Below, piece by piece: positions 32,301 to 47,972 of a stretch of 64,000 nucleotides of DNA (positions are counted from its first letter, which is position 1; each line of letters begins with the position of its first letter). Location of the stretch: assembly GCF_009914755.1 (NCBI RefSeq), contig NC_060925.1; one strand, 5' to 3'. The stretch is from the human T2T-CHM13v2.0 reference genome, Homo sapiens. The notes under the pieces were generated by a model. That model ran no database searches. It saw nothing but the letters and a program-made list of their open reading frames with translations, and had not been told where the DNA came from. Made by a program: the position numbers and the translations under genes.

Positions 32301-34261
32301 CATCGCAAACCACAGAAAAGATACACCTGTGTCACGCTGCTCCTTCCCCGACCGATCTTGTGATTTGATACACATCATTCCTTAAAAGGAAGGGACATCT
32401 GAGAGGGCACCCCTTTTACTTACTTCTCAATGCTGCCGGTCAGATTTCCAAAGACTACGGGAAATGGGAGGGCCAATGTGACTACTGAGATTGCCACACC
32501 TTACACACAGTCAGGCAAAGGATGCCTAGCAAGAGTGACAGTCTAAACATAACACCCTCCACCGCCACCCCAAAAAAACAGCTCCATCATTCACACCATA
32601 ATCCTGTTTTAACAAATAATGCACATGTGACACAAAACCACAATATTTGGCGATCTGAAAAACATACCAAGAAATAATGTGTGATTATTTAAATTCAAAA
32701 CACCACCATGACTATTGAGATGTTACTTCTTATAGAGGCAAGGATGAAACCCACGCATGACTAATTGGTCCCTTCCATGCTGACTGTGGAATCCTCCAGC
32801 CTTTGCACAATGAATGTGGCTAGTGACTGCAGCAGCTGTAACATCAGCACAAAAGGTTTTCTTCAAACCAAACTTCCATCTCTGCCTGCCAAATACCAGT
32901 ATGTCATTTCCTTCCTGCTGGACTCCATGGTTTCTGGAGGACAAGAACCATGTAATTCTTAAACTTACACCATTGGTATCCTCTACTATTTGAGATAAGT
33001 ACAAAACATTCAATGAATGTGTGATGAATGCAAAATGAGCAGGGAATACCTATAACTGCTTCTTGGCTGTTTATGCCCTCACTATCATGTTGACACAATG
33101 CTAAAGAAAGTATGCATAATTATCCTAATTACAGTCATTACAGCCAAAAAGCCCTTAAAGTTAATCACAAGGTTTCTAGTGGCACCCTTAAAATAAAATT
33201 ATAAATTAAAATTCATAAAATTCTAAGACTCTGGTTAAGGCTTGTAGTCCCAATTATTAACACAATATAATGACTGCATTAATATCTATACACTATAGGT
33301 AGGCCCCAATTTAAGAAAAATTTTAGAATGTAGTACACTAACATGTCTAGTCCTTAGAATTTAGAATACATTTTTCCAAATAAATAAGGCTCTTGTGATC
33401 AAGTTCATAGGCCAGCAACCCTCAACTCAAAAAAGCTGAAAATAGAAAAATGAAATCATTTTATCTTTGCCTCCTTGCTTTGAAGCATCATAAAATGCAC
33501 TCTGTCACACAGAGCATGTCTGCAGTCTTCTCAACATGCCTGGCATGGAATCAAGCCTAACCTTCTTGGGGAGCCAGGGAGGATGGACTCAGGGCTATAG
33601 GTATTCTTGACCCTTCATATATAAACAGGTGGTGGGAAGGGTAAGAATGAAAATGGGAAACAATTACCCTACAGAAGAGGAGGCGATCCCCGAGCCAGAA
33701 AACAGGCTAACCAACTTCGAGAAATGTCCCCACCTTCTATCCTTCAGGCACTAAGGTCAAGGGCCAGCCCTAAACTCAAGGAAAGCTGAGGAGGAAGGAG
33801 CCGCCAGATGGGACCAAGAAGGCGAGAGGCAGGAGTGTCTTAGGGATCTAGATTCTCAAGGGAGGAAACTATCAGGACCACAGGGGTGGGTTTTTTGGGG
33901 GGCTAGGGAATAGGGATAAATTCCCAAAGACTGAAATATCTGTTCCCTGTAGAAACAGGTCTGTAGATAAGAAAGGGGCAGAAATGGAAGAGGAAGCAGG
34001 CATGGAGGGAAGAGCTTGCAGCCTAGGGACATAATTAGGATGTCAGAACAATCCAGAAGTGCCCAGTGGATGACTTGGTTGTCCTTTCTCTCCATGTTTC
34101 CTGTTTTGGTAAACCCAAAGGGTTTATGTGATATTATCTCATGACACTAAACCCATGAAGTACTCAAATATTCTCATGTCAACAAGTAGCTTTGATTACC
34201 TCAAAGGCTCCTAATGTACTGGGCATTTAATGAGCACTTACAGAACAAAAGAACAATGAAA

Positions 34262-34642
34262 AAGGAATTTTGGCCTAAAGATTTATCTGCACATATGGAC
34301 ACAGTGAACTGTAACCTAATGGGATGTGTAAATAGACCATAACCTACTCTTGTACCAATCACAGAGTTTCAGCCAATCACAGAGTTTCAGCCAATCTCAG
34401 GTGGCCAGCTGTTCAAACTGTGTTCAAATAAGGCAAACGCTGAGCTATATCCAATCCAGCTGATTCTGTACCTCACTTCCATTTTCTGTTACTTTCCCTT
34501 TTCTGACCATAAATGTTATCCTCCCATGTGGCAGCCCCAGAATCGCTGTGGACCTATTCTGGTTCTGGGGGCTGCCCAATTTGCAAATCGTTCTTGGCTT
34601 CATTAAACTGTGTTAAATTTGTCTAGTTTTTTTTTCTAAACA
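34262..34642 (+). mobile_element. ERV1 solo LTR, MER57-like
   Basis: ggcctaaag...agtgaactgtaacctaa...ccaatcacagagtttcagccaatc...gttcaaataaggcaaacgc...ctgtacctcacttcc. Confidence 0.8.
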
Positions 34643-34785
34643 CTAAGATAACAGCGCCAATTTTAAATATAAACCTTAGTTTTCCATTAAGATATTAAAG
34701 ACTAGAAACTAAATCTCCTTGCAAGTCCAAAAATGTTAAATTCTAAAGGAATTAAATTCTAGACTCAAATTTTCTTGCCTTTACA

Positions 34786-35143
34786 CAGATGGTCCTAGGC
34801 TTACTATGGTTCAACTTACAACTTCATGATGATGTGAAAGAGGTACACATTCAGTAGAAACTGTACTTAGAATTTTGATCTATCCCCAGGCTAACAATAT
34901 GCAGTTCCGTACTTTCTCGAAATGCTGGACAGCGGCAGCAAGCAAAACCTCCCAGTCAGCCAAGTGATCATGAGGGTAAACAACCAATACTCTACAATGT
35001 AACTGTGATGCCAGCATTTTTTGGATATAGTGTTTTTTGGTTTTGCATCCCATCATGTCTACAAAACACCCAGTCTTGACTTACAATGCTTTTAACTTAT
35101 GGGTTTCTCAGGACATAACCCCATCTAAGTCATGGAGCATCTT
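34786..35143. mobile_element. TcMar-Tigger MITE, MER47-like
   Basis: TIR-like ends cagatggtcctaggcttac / taagtcatggagcatct; internal cattcagtagaaactgtactt. Confidence 0.72.
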
Positions 35144-35152
35144 TATATAGTC

Positions 35153-35470
35153 TGTCTTAGCCTGAGTTTCCCAGAAAGTAGAAGTTTAGACAAAATCCTG
35201 AATGCAGGATTTAGTTGGTGAAGTGATCCTGAGGAGCAGATTAAAAATGGGGAAGGAAGGAAGAAAAATACAAAGACGAATTACTAAACTGACCATTGCT
35301 CTTGGGGAATACTTAATATCTCCCCCCACCCCCATGCACCAGAAAGAAGCCCAGAGGAGGAAGAGTAAGACAGGAAAGGTAGAGAATGTGGCCCCAGGTG
35401 AGGTGCTCTCCAGATGTACCCATGAAGTTCTTGGAAGCTTGTATGGAACTGTCTACTGCAGCTGTGGTTG
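35153..35470 (-). mobile_element. Ancient ERVL LTR remnant (LTR16/LTR33-like)
   Basis: tgtcttagcctgagtttcccagaaagtag...gtgatcctgaggagcag resembles the ERVL LTR terminus. Confidence 0.45.
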
Positions 35471-36049
35471 CAATAAGAGGCCAAGCAAGACGATTTTGAA
35501 GTGATGGAGGAAAGATATCCAATACAAAGTCCAACAATATTAAAGGTCAAATTCATCCTCTCAAATTTCGTATTCTATATTACCAGCTGGAGGAGCTCTT
35601 GATGCCTGGGTAGAATTGTAGAGGTTTTTGTTGTTTTTGTTTGTTTTGAAACAGCTTCAAGCTGTAATGAAGAAAGTATAGTTCCTTCAGAGCCTCAGAT
35701 GTTGAGTCAACGTTATCTCAAATCTTTGACATCCTCCACTTTTAAAGAGACCAAAGAATTATAAGGTCAGGCAAGACTATCATCTGCCCCACACCCACAA
35801 TATTTAAAAGGAAAGCTAATCCTCAGGCCATGAAGTAGCTACCACAACAAGCAAGCCAGTGTTCCCAGAATCCAGAATTTGGCATAACCCAGAGCCATGT
35901 AATTGCTTCCAAAGACAACAGCAGAAACTCCAGGACATTTGAAAGATAGAGAAGGTTCTACAAATAAAAACAAAGTCCTCCTGGTTTCAGCCTTGCCAGG
36001 ATGCCTGCGAAACTATGCCAATTTTCTAAAGCTTAAAACTCGATTGGGA

Positions 36050-36479
36050 GACAAGTATCCATCAATGAATGAAAAAGCAAACAAAAAGTGGTGTCTGTAC
36101 AACGGAATATTATTTAGCCTTAGAAAGGAAAGAAATTCTGGCACAGGCTACAACATGGATAAACCTTCAGGACATTAAACTAAATAAAATAAGCTAGTCA
36201 CAAAGGGCCAAAAACTGTATGATTCCATTTATATGCAGTATCTAGAGTAGTCAAATTCAGAGAGACAAAGTAGAAAGGGGGTTGCCAGGGGCTTCAGGGG
36301 GAGTTGTTGTTTAATGTATAGAGTTTCAGTTGGGGAAGATGAAAAGGTTCTGGAGATGGATGGTGGTGATGATTGCACAACAGTGTGAATGTACTTAATG
36401 CCACAGAACAATATACTTCAACATGGTTAAAATGGTAAGTTTTATACTATGTATATTTTAGCACAATTGAAAAAAAAAA
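36050..36479 (+). mobile_element. L1MB-type 3' end
   Basis: tccatcaatgaatga...gttctggagatggatggtggtgatgattgcacaacagtgtgaatgtacttaatgcc plus A tail. Confidence 0.85.
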
Positions 36480-38959
36480 CCCTCAACTAGAAGAAATCTT
36501 CAAGCAGGAGGTTAATTTTGGCCCCATGCATACTGGCAGGAAAAAATCTGACTTTGCAAAGTGTCTTCTCCCTCAAAGCCTGGCATTTGGAGCATCACTC
36601 ACTTCTTTCAAAGTTCAGAAATTTGCAGTGGTGGCAACCGTAGTCCCTCCAGGCCCTATTTGTAGAACCTTTCTTTCCCAGCCCGCACATTCTAAATTTC
36701 CTATCTTCTACTTCTTCTGAGTCCCATGTTTCTAGTACTAAAGGACTAAACTGAATGTGGTCTCTGCGTAGTAGAGTCATCATCTTCACAATCTTTTACA
36801 AGCAGAAATTTTTAGTCTTGGGCAACAGCATCTGTTGCAACGGCTTTTTGCTGTGTAATTGCTTTGGGCTGTAAAAACTGCTTCCTGAGGAAGGTCATCT
36901 CTTAGTCCTCTCATTTTTTCCAAGTGAACTCTAGAAGATTCGAGAACTTCTTTTGATTCCAGAACCATTTCCGAGGCCAACATCCTTCGGGGCCTGTGAC
37001 GAGCTACACCTTTTTATGGACACTTAAAAGATTAGAGTTTCTGTACATTTTAATGACCAGGTCCTCAGTACTTCTGTTTTGTTTGTTTTGCCAGAAGTAG
37101 GGTATATCCCTCATGTTAAATTTTCATACACTGATCCCATTTTCTTTTGAGAAAACTTCAGAGGCTCCTCCCATCTTCCTGTCTCTTCCTCTTTAGAGCT
37201 ATCACTGTTGGGTAGAAATAAATGGCTTACTTTCTCTTTAACTTCCTGCACCAGATATTTGATTTTCTAACATATTTCTCAATGTTTTATCATAAAATCT
37301 CCCAGATGACAGAGAATTTTAAGGTTCTGAATATGATCTCCCCTACCAAAAAAAATGCATTATTTAAATAAATCTTGTCAACCTTCACTTCCCAAGTTAC
37401 ATAATCCCAGTCAGGAGGTGACTCTCATCAGGCCACATCCAGCCAGCCCTAGACTGTCTCCTCCTAGAATACCCCTCATCTTTTCCTGCCTCCCCTTAGA
37501 GTCTGAACTCCAAAAAACTTTGAGAATGTTCCTTCAGCGTGCAAGTGATACCTGCCTGCCCAATCACAGTAATGTTAACACCTTGAAACTCAGTGAATTC
37601 TTCAGTATGTTATGCTGGCATCGCTGGGCTTTCCCCTGCAAATGCAACTTTTCTGTAACCACTTGATATTGCTATCCCAGGGTCACCAACACTAGCCTAG
37701 TGAGATGATGAATATTTTATACAAACTAGAAGAAAGTACCCCTCCAGGGCAGATGTAAACCCTGGTGAGATCCCACAGTGAGAAGACAGCAGTTGCATTT
37801 CAACCTCTACTAGCAGAAATCTTTACTCAGTGTACAAAATGCAAGACCATATCCAGCCCTTGGCCTTACAAATCATACTTCAGACTCTCACTACATCTTT
37901 AAAGGGACACTTGGCAACATTTTCTGAACCTGGTAAAAAAATTTCAGATCTTGTCTCACTTCTTCAGGCCCACCACACTTTCTAATTGGTAATCATTAGA
38001 GTGATCTCTTTTCCTTTTTATATCTGTGTATCCTGACTTAAGATCTCATTTCTCCCTTCATACCTCTCATGAAATGTGAACATTTCTCCTAGCTTAGTCT
38101 TTTCAGTCTACTACTGCTTCTTTTCTGATCATAACAAAACTTATTTTTCAAACCAATTCTACTTTCTCCTTGATATTCTAAGAAAACCTGATCTCTAGAA
38201 TCCATACCAACCCCCGGCCTTTGTAATCATCTTCTTAACTTTCTGGTTTGCAATAAGATTACTGACTTGCTTGTCTATCTCAACCCAAGAATATGCCATA
38301 TATTTCTTAAGGGCCACCCCCATTCCTTTTTATCTGCTAAATAACAAAATCCAACATCTTTTACAGCTACAGTTCCATGACCTAATGGCCAGAACTTAAT
38401 TATGAAATCCAGAGCAAACAAAACTCACGTTTTCTTGTAGAGGAACTTCTGTTGGGGTATTAGAACAATGCTTCTTCCCCCTAGGCAGTGTAGAGTTCAG
38501 CTTCTCACAGGTCTTGTCTTTGAGACCTGCTTCTCTGCAGAGAGGATGTGTTCCTTTTTGACTTAGTTCTGATTCAATTCCTTTTTCCTTGGCACACCAG
38601 ATCTCCTACTCTTAGAGTCTTGGTGGCCAGTCACTTCTGGCCATCTTTTTTTCCTTTTTATTTTTAGTTCATATGTAATAAATTTACATATTTATGGGAT
38701 ATAGAGTGATGTTTTGATATACGTATACAGAGGATGCTTTCTTGGTCTGCTCTTGATTAGTCAGTTGAGGTTGGTCATATCACAGGTGGCCTATTAAGAT
38801 TTGTAGATAAACTACAAAATTACATAAGATTAGTCCCTCCAGGGCCTTCATTTGGCCTAGAACAAAATTAAGTGAATGTGGTGAAGCCAATTTATCATTT
38901 CCTTGGCTTGTCTCTCACAATTTAAAGAAAGAACCTCACACAATAGCACTCTTAAAACT

Positions 38960-39306
<347 letters not shown>

Positions 39307-40044
39307 CTATTCCACCCCAAATGACTAAAAATGTCAAACCCCTTCCTAAGCCTCACCTGCAACACGAGTCCAAGCTGTACCCACAAAACCCAAAAAGCCC
39401 ACCCACAAAGCCCAGCATGGCTCCACTTGCCAGGACCAGTGCATCCTGCACTTGCTAAGGCCTAAACACCCATCACAAACAGCTGTGCCTGGTTTTGACA
39501 GTCATTTGCCTGTAGGCTAGGCTGCCATAAGCTTCACAGTCTCCCAAGGTCAAAATAATAAATACTCCTCTTTCCTACTGAGTGAAAAACCCAAGGAGCA
39601 AAGATACAGAAAACAGATCGAAATGTAGGTGTTTTTATTAACAAAACTTAACATATATTGGAAACTGTGGCTTAAGGATGCCGGACCCCCTCTCATCTTC
39701 TACTTACCCTCTCCCCATGTGGTAAGCCTCTCCCTTGGAGACATGACCTACTCTGCTTAGCTTGTCATAAAAATGAGAATAGACTGTAAAACCACTGCCA
39801 TCTTTGCAGGTAAGTAAGTCTCAAAGAGAAGACCCAGAAGAAACTAAGTTACATATACATACCCAGGTATATGCTAATATTCTAACAAAAGTTCTTCCAC
39901 AGGTAAACATGAGATACAGGGAGAGTGTGTATCCTCCAAAATATACCTCTCTTATAACCTGAATTCTTTGTTATATGTTCAGTGCCTAATGAGGGCTTTG
40001 AATATTGTAGGGGTGAAATAAATGCTGAATGAATGAAAGAATGA

Positions 40045-40378
<334 letters not shown>

Positions 40379-41015
40379 ACAAAATGCAGTTTTGAACCTG
40401 CGGAAGTTAAGAGTGTAATATGAAATAGCTTGCACTTTTGGGATATGCAAACCAAAATGGCAGGAGGTCTCGGATGAAAGGAAATGTACCAGGCATAATC
40501 TAATCTTTTAAGAATGTTCAGCTTCATCATTAAATCCTTCTGCTATTTGGCTCAAGATGATTCTATGCCCAGCCACCTGGATGGTTTAGGTAATGTTATT
40601 ATAGGGCTTGGGTGAAGAATGCTGGCTAAGATGAAAAGCTGATAGATATTAAACTATGTTTATTTGCCCTCTCTTCAGACTTTCCCTCATTAACATGAAA
40701 GATTATATAAGAAAAAAACAAGATCTTATTTAATTACAAGATACATTTGAATTTTTTAGAGGCCCTTGAAAAACACCTACATATTTAATTTCAGAGCAAT
40801 TTAAACTTACAAAGGCATTTAACAAATATCTAAAATTATTTCCCTCTTGTTTACTGCTACTAATAACAGTTATTATATAGTTATTTATACATTCCTCCAT
40901 ATTTATTGAGCACTAGTGCTGGTCATTGTGCTGATCCCCAGGAATCAACAGTGAATAAAAATATAAGTGGCCCCTGCCATCGTGAAGCTTAGATCTAGTA
41001 GAAAAATCAGTCACG

Positions 41016-41320
<305 letters not shown>

Positions 41321-41754
41321 GAAAAACAGTCACAAAAATAATATTTAAAAGGATAAGATGTATACAAGGGGTATTTGGAAACCAAGAAACAAAAGAAAAT
41401 GGCAAGTTCCAACTCCAGAAGAAAAAAATGGTGTGATAAATTCTGGGAATGGCTGTTTATGGAATGAGCGAGAGGAGGGAGTTGAGGCTGGGGAGGGCAG
41501 CAGGGTCCATACTCCAAGCATGGGGAAGCATTCTAAGGGTTACAAAGGGGTTCACTCGATAAGATTAATGTTTTGGCTATTTATCAAGATTACTGACAAT
41601 GTAGATGGGATAATGGATTGGCATGAGGTAGAATACACATAGGGAGACTAATTAGGAGGCAGTGGTCCAAGTGAAAGATGGAGAGTGGAGAGGAGCAGAC
41701 ATGGATTCAAGATAATGAAGGCTGAGCACTATAAACACCCTGCAATAATAGCTT

Positions 41755-41880
41755 GACCAGTATCATGAGGTAGCTACTTTTATCCCATTTTACAGATGAG
41801 AAAATAGATTGAGAGGGGTTAAGTAATCCGTACAAAGTCATTTCACAAACAAGTGACTGAGATTGGAATAAAATCTACAT
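41755..41880 (-). mobile_element. MIR SINE fragment
   Basis: tatcccattttacagatgagaaaatagattgagaggggttaagtaa core. Confidence 0.7.
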
Positions 41881-42959
41881 GCCACTCAAGTCTTTGTTTT
41901 TAACCAAGACTTTGGAAATCTGTGCTTTTTGTCCACTAGAACTGTTTCTCTGCACACTATCTGGCAATATGTTAACAGGAGCTACAAAAATGTTTATGAC
42001 CATTGACCTAGAAATTTCGCATTGGAAAACAAAGCTGAAGGAAAAAATCCAAAGGGGGAAAATAATCTGCACAAGGACATGGACAGTCATGCTATCCATA
42101 AAAGAGAAGGACTGAAAATAATCCAAATAACTGATTCCACAAATAAGGAGCATATTAATAAGATGGACTATTCCTCATTTTCACAACTACATGCTATTCC
42201 ATTATCACTTCCTATGTGACCTTGAAGAAATTGCTCAGTGTCTTCTAAAATTCTTCAGCTATAATAGTTATGTTCTATTACTGGATCCCTCAACTACCCA
42301 AGGGAAATAGACATTAATAACACCAACCATAATAGTATTTAGTGGAAGGTGTTTTGCCACTCTTTTATTAAGAGTTTACAACATTCAAAGCTCTGAGGCA
42401 GGAATTTGTCATACTTTATCTTATCAAATCATGACAGCAGCCTACAGCACAGACAGTGGTGTCCTCCAGAGGAAGCCAAGGGAACCCAGAGGGAAAAGAG
42501 CCTGCCCTAGATCATCCAGCTAATTAGCAGCAGATCCAAAATTTGAACTCTAGAGCCTATAACCTTTTTGCTATAAAATGCCACCCACTGGTGATCACAG
42601 AGAAAATGGAGACTTAGAGATCACTGAGTTTATCAGCAATGGAGTCATGTGGAATGCAGGTCTCCCAATTCTGGGTAGAGTGTTACACATATGAAATTGC
42701 CAACAGACAAATCGACAGATTCAAATGTGCCAATTATATCATTTTTGAAAGCCACAATATTCCAAGTCTTATATTCAATGAATCTAAATAAAACATCTGC
42801 ACAAAGATGACTACAACAGAGAAGAAAAGTTTGCCATAGACAAGCGAAGTTATAGAGTTCTAAGAGTTCCCAAAAGAACTGTGAGGAAAGCCCTATACCA
42901 TGAGAAGATCAGAGGATGGTGTGGGACAGGAGAATGGAAAGAATCTCACATGATTACCA

Positions 42960-43190
42960 ACTGTCCACTACATCTCTGGTGCTGTGCTAGGTATCTTGCC
43001 CATCTGAGTTCACTTACTCTTCACAATACTCTGCAGTAGGAATTATCCCCACTCCATAAGAAAGAAAATTAATATGCTGAGAGATTAAGGAATTTGCCCA
43101 CAGCCATTCACCTAATGGTGCATGAGTTGAACCGAGGTCTGGCCAATGCTAAAGTCCATATTCTTTCAATATAACATGCTGCCTCCCACT
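42960..43190 (-). mobile_element. MIR SINE
   Basis: ctcttcacaatactctgcagtaggaattatcccc...gagattaaggaatttgccca. Confidence 0.6.
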
Positions 43191-44032
43191 GCAGAACTAC
43201 TGGCAGAATATTATAATTTTTTCATCCTAGGATTAAAAAATATCTAGCATTCTCATCTAACCAACATTAAGGCCAATGTGAAGGATTCATTAAATAATCA
43301 CTCAATGGCCATTCATGGGAGCAGTCACCCTGTGCCAGGTACTGAGCCAAGAACAGGAAACTGACAAACAAATGGTCCCTAATTTCATGGAACTCACAAC
43401 CTAGGAGTAATAACTTATGGTGATGCCTAAACATACATGAATACTCATACCGTTGGGAATTTGGGACACATTTTTGTTACCTGGCTTAAAATAGCAAAAC
43501 TGCTCTCCTAGGAACTGAGTAATGCTGAATGGCTAAGTTTTGGATAGCTGTGGATTTACTCCTTTAAGCATCAGATCTTTGATTTTATAATTTTCATTAA
43601 TCATTTTTCAATGCTTTTTCAATTCTCCCAGAACATTCTAAGCTCCAAAGTCTGAGACTCTGTACCCTCACCTTTACGGATTCCCCTAAACTACTGCATC
43701 CAAAAAATGAAAAACATACATGAATGAGAGAAAATAAGGTCTTCATAGTAAGTGCTTCACATGAGAAATTCTGAAGTACTTCCTGATATTGTAAAAAAAA
43801 AAATTGTAAGAGAATAAACATGATTTAAACTTCTCTTGAGGGTCATTAGTGTTCTGTAATGAAAACCTGCATTTAGACTGGTTCTGGCAAACCAAGTGAC
43901 CTTGGTCAAACCATTGTATACATATCAGAGGACCTGGACTGCTCATTTTTAAAACCAAGTTGCTGAACTAGAATTATCTGTAACAATTTTTTCAGCACTA
44001 TAATTGTATATAACTCTTTCAACAATAAAGCT

Positions 44033-44340
<308 letters not shown>

Positions 44341-44761
44341 CAATAAACTGAATTGCCACAATGGTTCATTCAAATAGGACCATTCTAGTCCAAGATTAAT
44401 ATGGTTTTTTAATTACTGAATCCATGTTTTACAGTGTTTACTACTGCAAATTTAACTTTCAACTATGCTTCATTCCCATTTTAACTTACAACCTATATCC
44501 CCTTAGACTTAAACAGGCTTAATGAAAAGGAATGGAAACTACAATTTCTATTATACCATGCTGCCTCACAAGCTTATTAGAATAGTGTATTAATTAAAAG
44601 CCCTTAGGCTCAAAGTCAGAATCTAGAAACTCTCCAAATATTTGCATAAATGAAGTTTAGCTTGTTGCATTTATATGTAGTTTAAGAAACATTTTATGTC
44701 ACATTCTGGTTTTTTTTACATATAATTCATTTATTTTTCAACAATTACTTATGAACAATCT

Positions 44762-45060
44762 TTTTTCTTTTTGTTTATTTTTGTTTGTTTGTTTGTTTTG
44801 AGACAGGGTCTTGCTTTGCTGCCCAGGCTGGAGTGCAGTGGCATGATCATGGCTCACTGCAGACTTGACCCTGCGGGCTCAAGAGATCCTTCCACGTCAG
44901 CCTCCCAAGTTGCTGGGAGTACAGGCATGTGCTACAGTGCCCAGCTAATTAAAAAAATAATTGTAGAGATAAGCTCTATGTTGCCAAGGCTGGTCTTCAA
45001 TTCCTGGGCCCAAACAATCCTCCCACCTTAGCCTCCCAAAATGCTGGGATTATAGGCCTG
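44762..45060 (-). mobile_element. AluJ
   Basis: gatcatggctcactgcag...gggctcaagagatcct AluJ diagnostics. Confidence 0.88.
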
Positions 45061-46924
45061 AACATTATCATCTTAAACAGTGTCTCTGGAAGTACCCAAA
45101 TCTTTTGTGTTACCACTCATTCTGAGCTCCAGAGCTCTCAGTTCCTGCTTCCTCCTTAGTGAGGATGAATTAATTGCTATATTTTACAGAATCCCAAAGT
45201 ACATGTACACACACAGTTCTATTTGTCATAATAATCTCAACTTATGCATTTCTTGTGTGGCTGACTGAACTAAGTTTACTAACTTTCCTTAGCCAACAAA
45301 TGCTTTCTCATATTTGAAAGTTTTCTGCTAAACCTACATTGTGGAGTATTGATAAGTGACAGAATTACTCTAGACCAACTTTTTCTATCAGGTATTGCCT
45401 ATATGATTAAAAGAAAGTTGTACTACTGAATCATAACATTACTGAAAACAGGCTTGCAAAAATAAGCAGATGCTGTGAGCTGGTTGCAAGAGGGGACAAA
45501 CAGCCTGGGTGCTGCTGGGAACTGAAAAACGTGACTTGAGAGCTTCTGGTTCATCGATAATGCTCTCCAAGCACACCCCTGGGTTCTGGAAACCACAAAA
45601 CAAAAAAAAAAGTACTTCTACTGTATAGTGTCCAACTTCTCAGAATCAAAGTTCTCACAGCACCTGGTTCTCTCTGAGATTCTAATTTTATAAACATCTA
45701 CTTCAAGACCCAAAACTCTCTCTGGGAATCAGAAGGCAAAAATGTGCATATAAATGTAACTTGTAAAGTTTGGCACAGTTGCTACTGTTACTTCTAGTAA
45801 CAATAATAATAGTCACCATTGTAGTGTGTGGAATGGGACAGACTGAGGACAAGTCAGGGTTCAGGAGGACTGGGTGGTAATGATGAGGACTAGTTGAGCT
45901 TGCTGGTACTAAGCGAGAGTTAGGGATTCAGGGTGTCTGGGATTTGGAGCGTTGGAACATGACCAGGGGAATGACAGAAAGCCAAGAGGGTGTTGTTATG
46001 AGGCACTGCAAAGAGGTGAATGAAAGCAGGGGCAAGTTGCAGTGAACACAGACAGTAAAAGCAAGGTGGTAAGCCACTTTCTCCAACAGCTCTCTGCTGC
46101 TCACGGGCAAGGGCAGCAAAGCCTGAGAAGGAGGGTGCTCTAGGAGTCAGGTGACTGGCATATCTCATGTTACAGAAGGTGAAGGGAATTGGAGTAAAAA
46201 TGGAAAGGCTGATCATAAATTCTGACAGGACTCGAGAGTACACAGTCAAGACCAGATGGACCAGGAAAGGAGGAGATATCAGTCAACTAAAGAGCACAGG
46301 GAGGATAATGGCTTAGTAGATGTGAGGGAGGGAGAAGTAGCAAGTCTAGAGGTTAGAGAGAGGAGAGAGAGCAAGCCTCTTTACTTTCAGTACTTTAGAT
46401 GTCCATTAAGTATTTTGATTCTATAGTTTTTGCTCCCTGAACTTTCAAGATATTCAAGAGAATAGACCATCATCTCATGCTCCAGCCTATCCACCAAAGA
46501 TAGGTACTTCAATGTCTTTCCTGACAAATGCAAATGGTATGGCCAAATTTCCAGTACTAATGTTATTAAGGGTCCTACATCATCGTTCAGAATAGATTTT
46601 TGTTAGAGACATCACTGAGATCTCAATGTCTTTGCACATTCTTCATCTCACAAAACTCTCTCTCTACTCAGTTTTATTTCTCAAACCTTCTTCCTCTGTA
46701 GTAACCATTCATGTCTCTGTCCTCTTCTTGGTCTCATCTCTCTCACCCAGCTGCATGTACTTTTGCACCAGTCTTATAACATCCAATAACTTTATTTCTG
46801 CATTCTTGCAAAAGCCTGACTCCCAGATCAACTCCATTTTCTCTTCGCCCCCTAAAAGTGGGAACTTCATATGATTTATCTCTATGCCTTTGTGCCCTGT
46901 ACAAATGTCTATAGAGAGAAATAC

Positions 46925-47935
46925 AAAAGCAAAAATTGACAAATGGGATCTAATTAACTAAAGAGCTTCTGCACAGCAAAAGAAACTCTCAACAGAGTAA
47001 AGAGACAACCTACAGAATGGAAGAAAATTTTTGCAAACTATGCATCTGACAAAGGCCTAATATCCAGCATCTATAAGGAACTTAAACAAATGTACAAGAA
47101 AAACACAAACACCATTAAAAAGTGGGCAAAAAACATGAGTAGACAATTCTCAAAAGAAGACATACATGCAGTCAACAAGCATATGAAAAAAAGCTCAACA
47201 TTACTGATCTTCAGAGAAATGCAAATCAAAACCATAATGAGATACTATCTCATATCAGTCAGAATGGCTATTATCAAAAAGTCAAAAAAAAAAACATGCT
47301 GACAAGATTATGGAGAAAAAGAAACACTTATACACTGTTGGTGGGAGTGTAAATTAGTTCAACATTTGTGGAAGACAGTGTGGTGATGCCTCAAAGACCT
47401 AAAGACAGAAATACCATTTGACCCAGCAATCCCATTGCAGGATATACACCCAAAGGAATATAAACTGTTCTAGTATAAAGACACACGTACACATATGTTC
47501 ACTACAGCACTATTCACAATAGCAAAGGCATGGAATCAACCTAAATGTCCATCAGTGATAGACTGGATACAGAAAATGTGGTACATATACACTGTGGAAT
47601 ACTATGCAGAATGAGATCATGTCTTTTGCAGAAACATGGATAGCGCTGGAGGCCATTATCCTTAGCAAACTAACGCAGGAACAGAAAACCAAATGCCACA
47701 TGTTCTCACTTATAAGTGAGGGCTAAATGATGAGATCACATGGGCACACGGAGGGGAACCACACACACTGGGGCCTATCAGACAGTGCAGGATGAGAAGA
47801 GGGAAAGGATCAAGAAAAATCACTAATGGGTACTAGGCTTAATACCTGGGTGATGAAATAATCTGCACAATAAACCCCCATGACACACGTTTACCTATGT
47901 AACAAACCTGCACATGTGCCCCGAACTTATAACAA
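46925..47935 (+). mobile_element. 5'-truncated L1PA (PA13-15-like): ORF2 C-terminal remnant plus 3'UTR
   Basis: Remnant [44 protein letters not shown] is L1 ORF2p-like; typical 3'UTR; TSD gagagaaatac (46914-46924, 47999-48009). Confidence 0.92.
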
Positions 47936-47936
47936 A

Positions 47937-47939
<3 letters not shown>

Positions 47940-47968
<29 letters not shown>
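47940..47968. repeat. (TA)n microsatellite in the L1 tail
   Basis: About 14 perfect TA units. Confidence 0.93.

Positions 47969-47972
<4 letters not shown>

Noticed and set aside
42684-42745. Possible degenerate mariner MITE (MADE2-like catatgaaattgcc)
   Set aside because: Second inverted arm is too degraded to call by eye.
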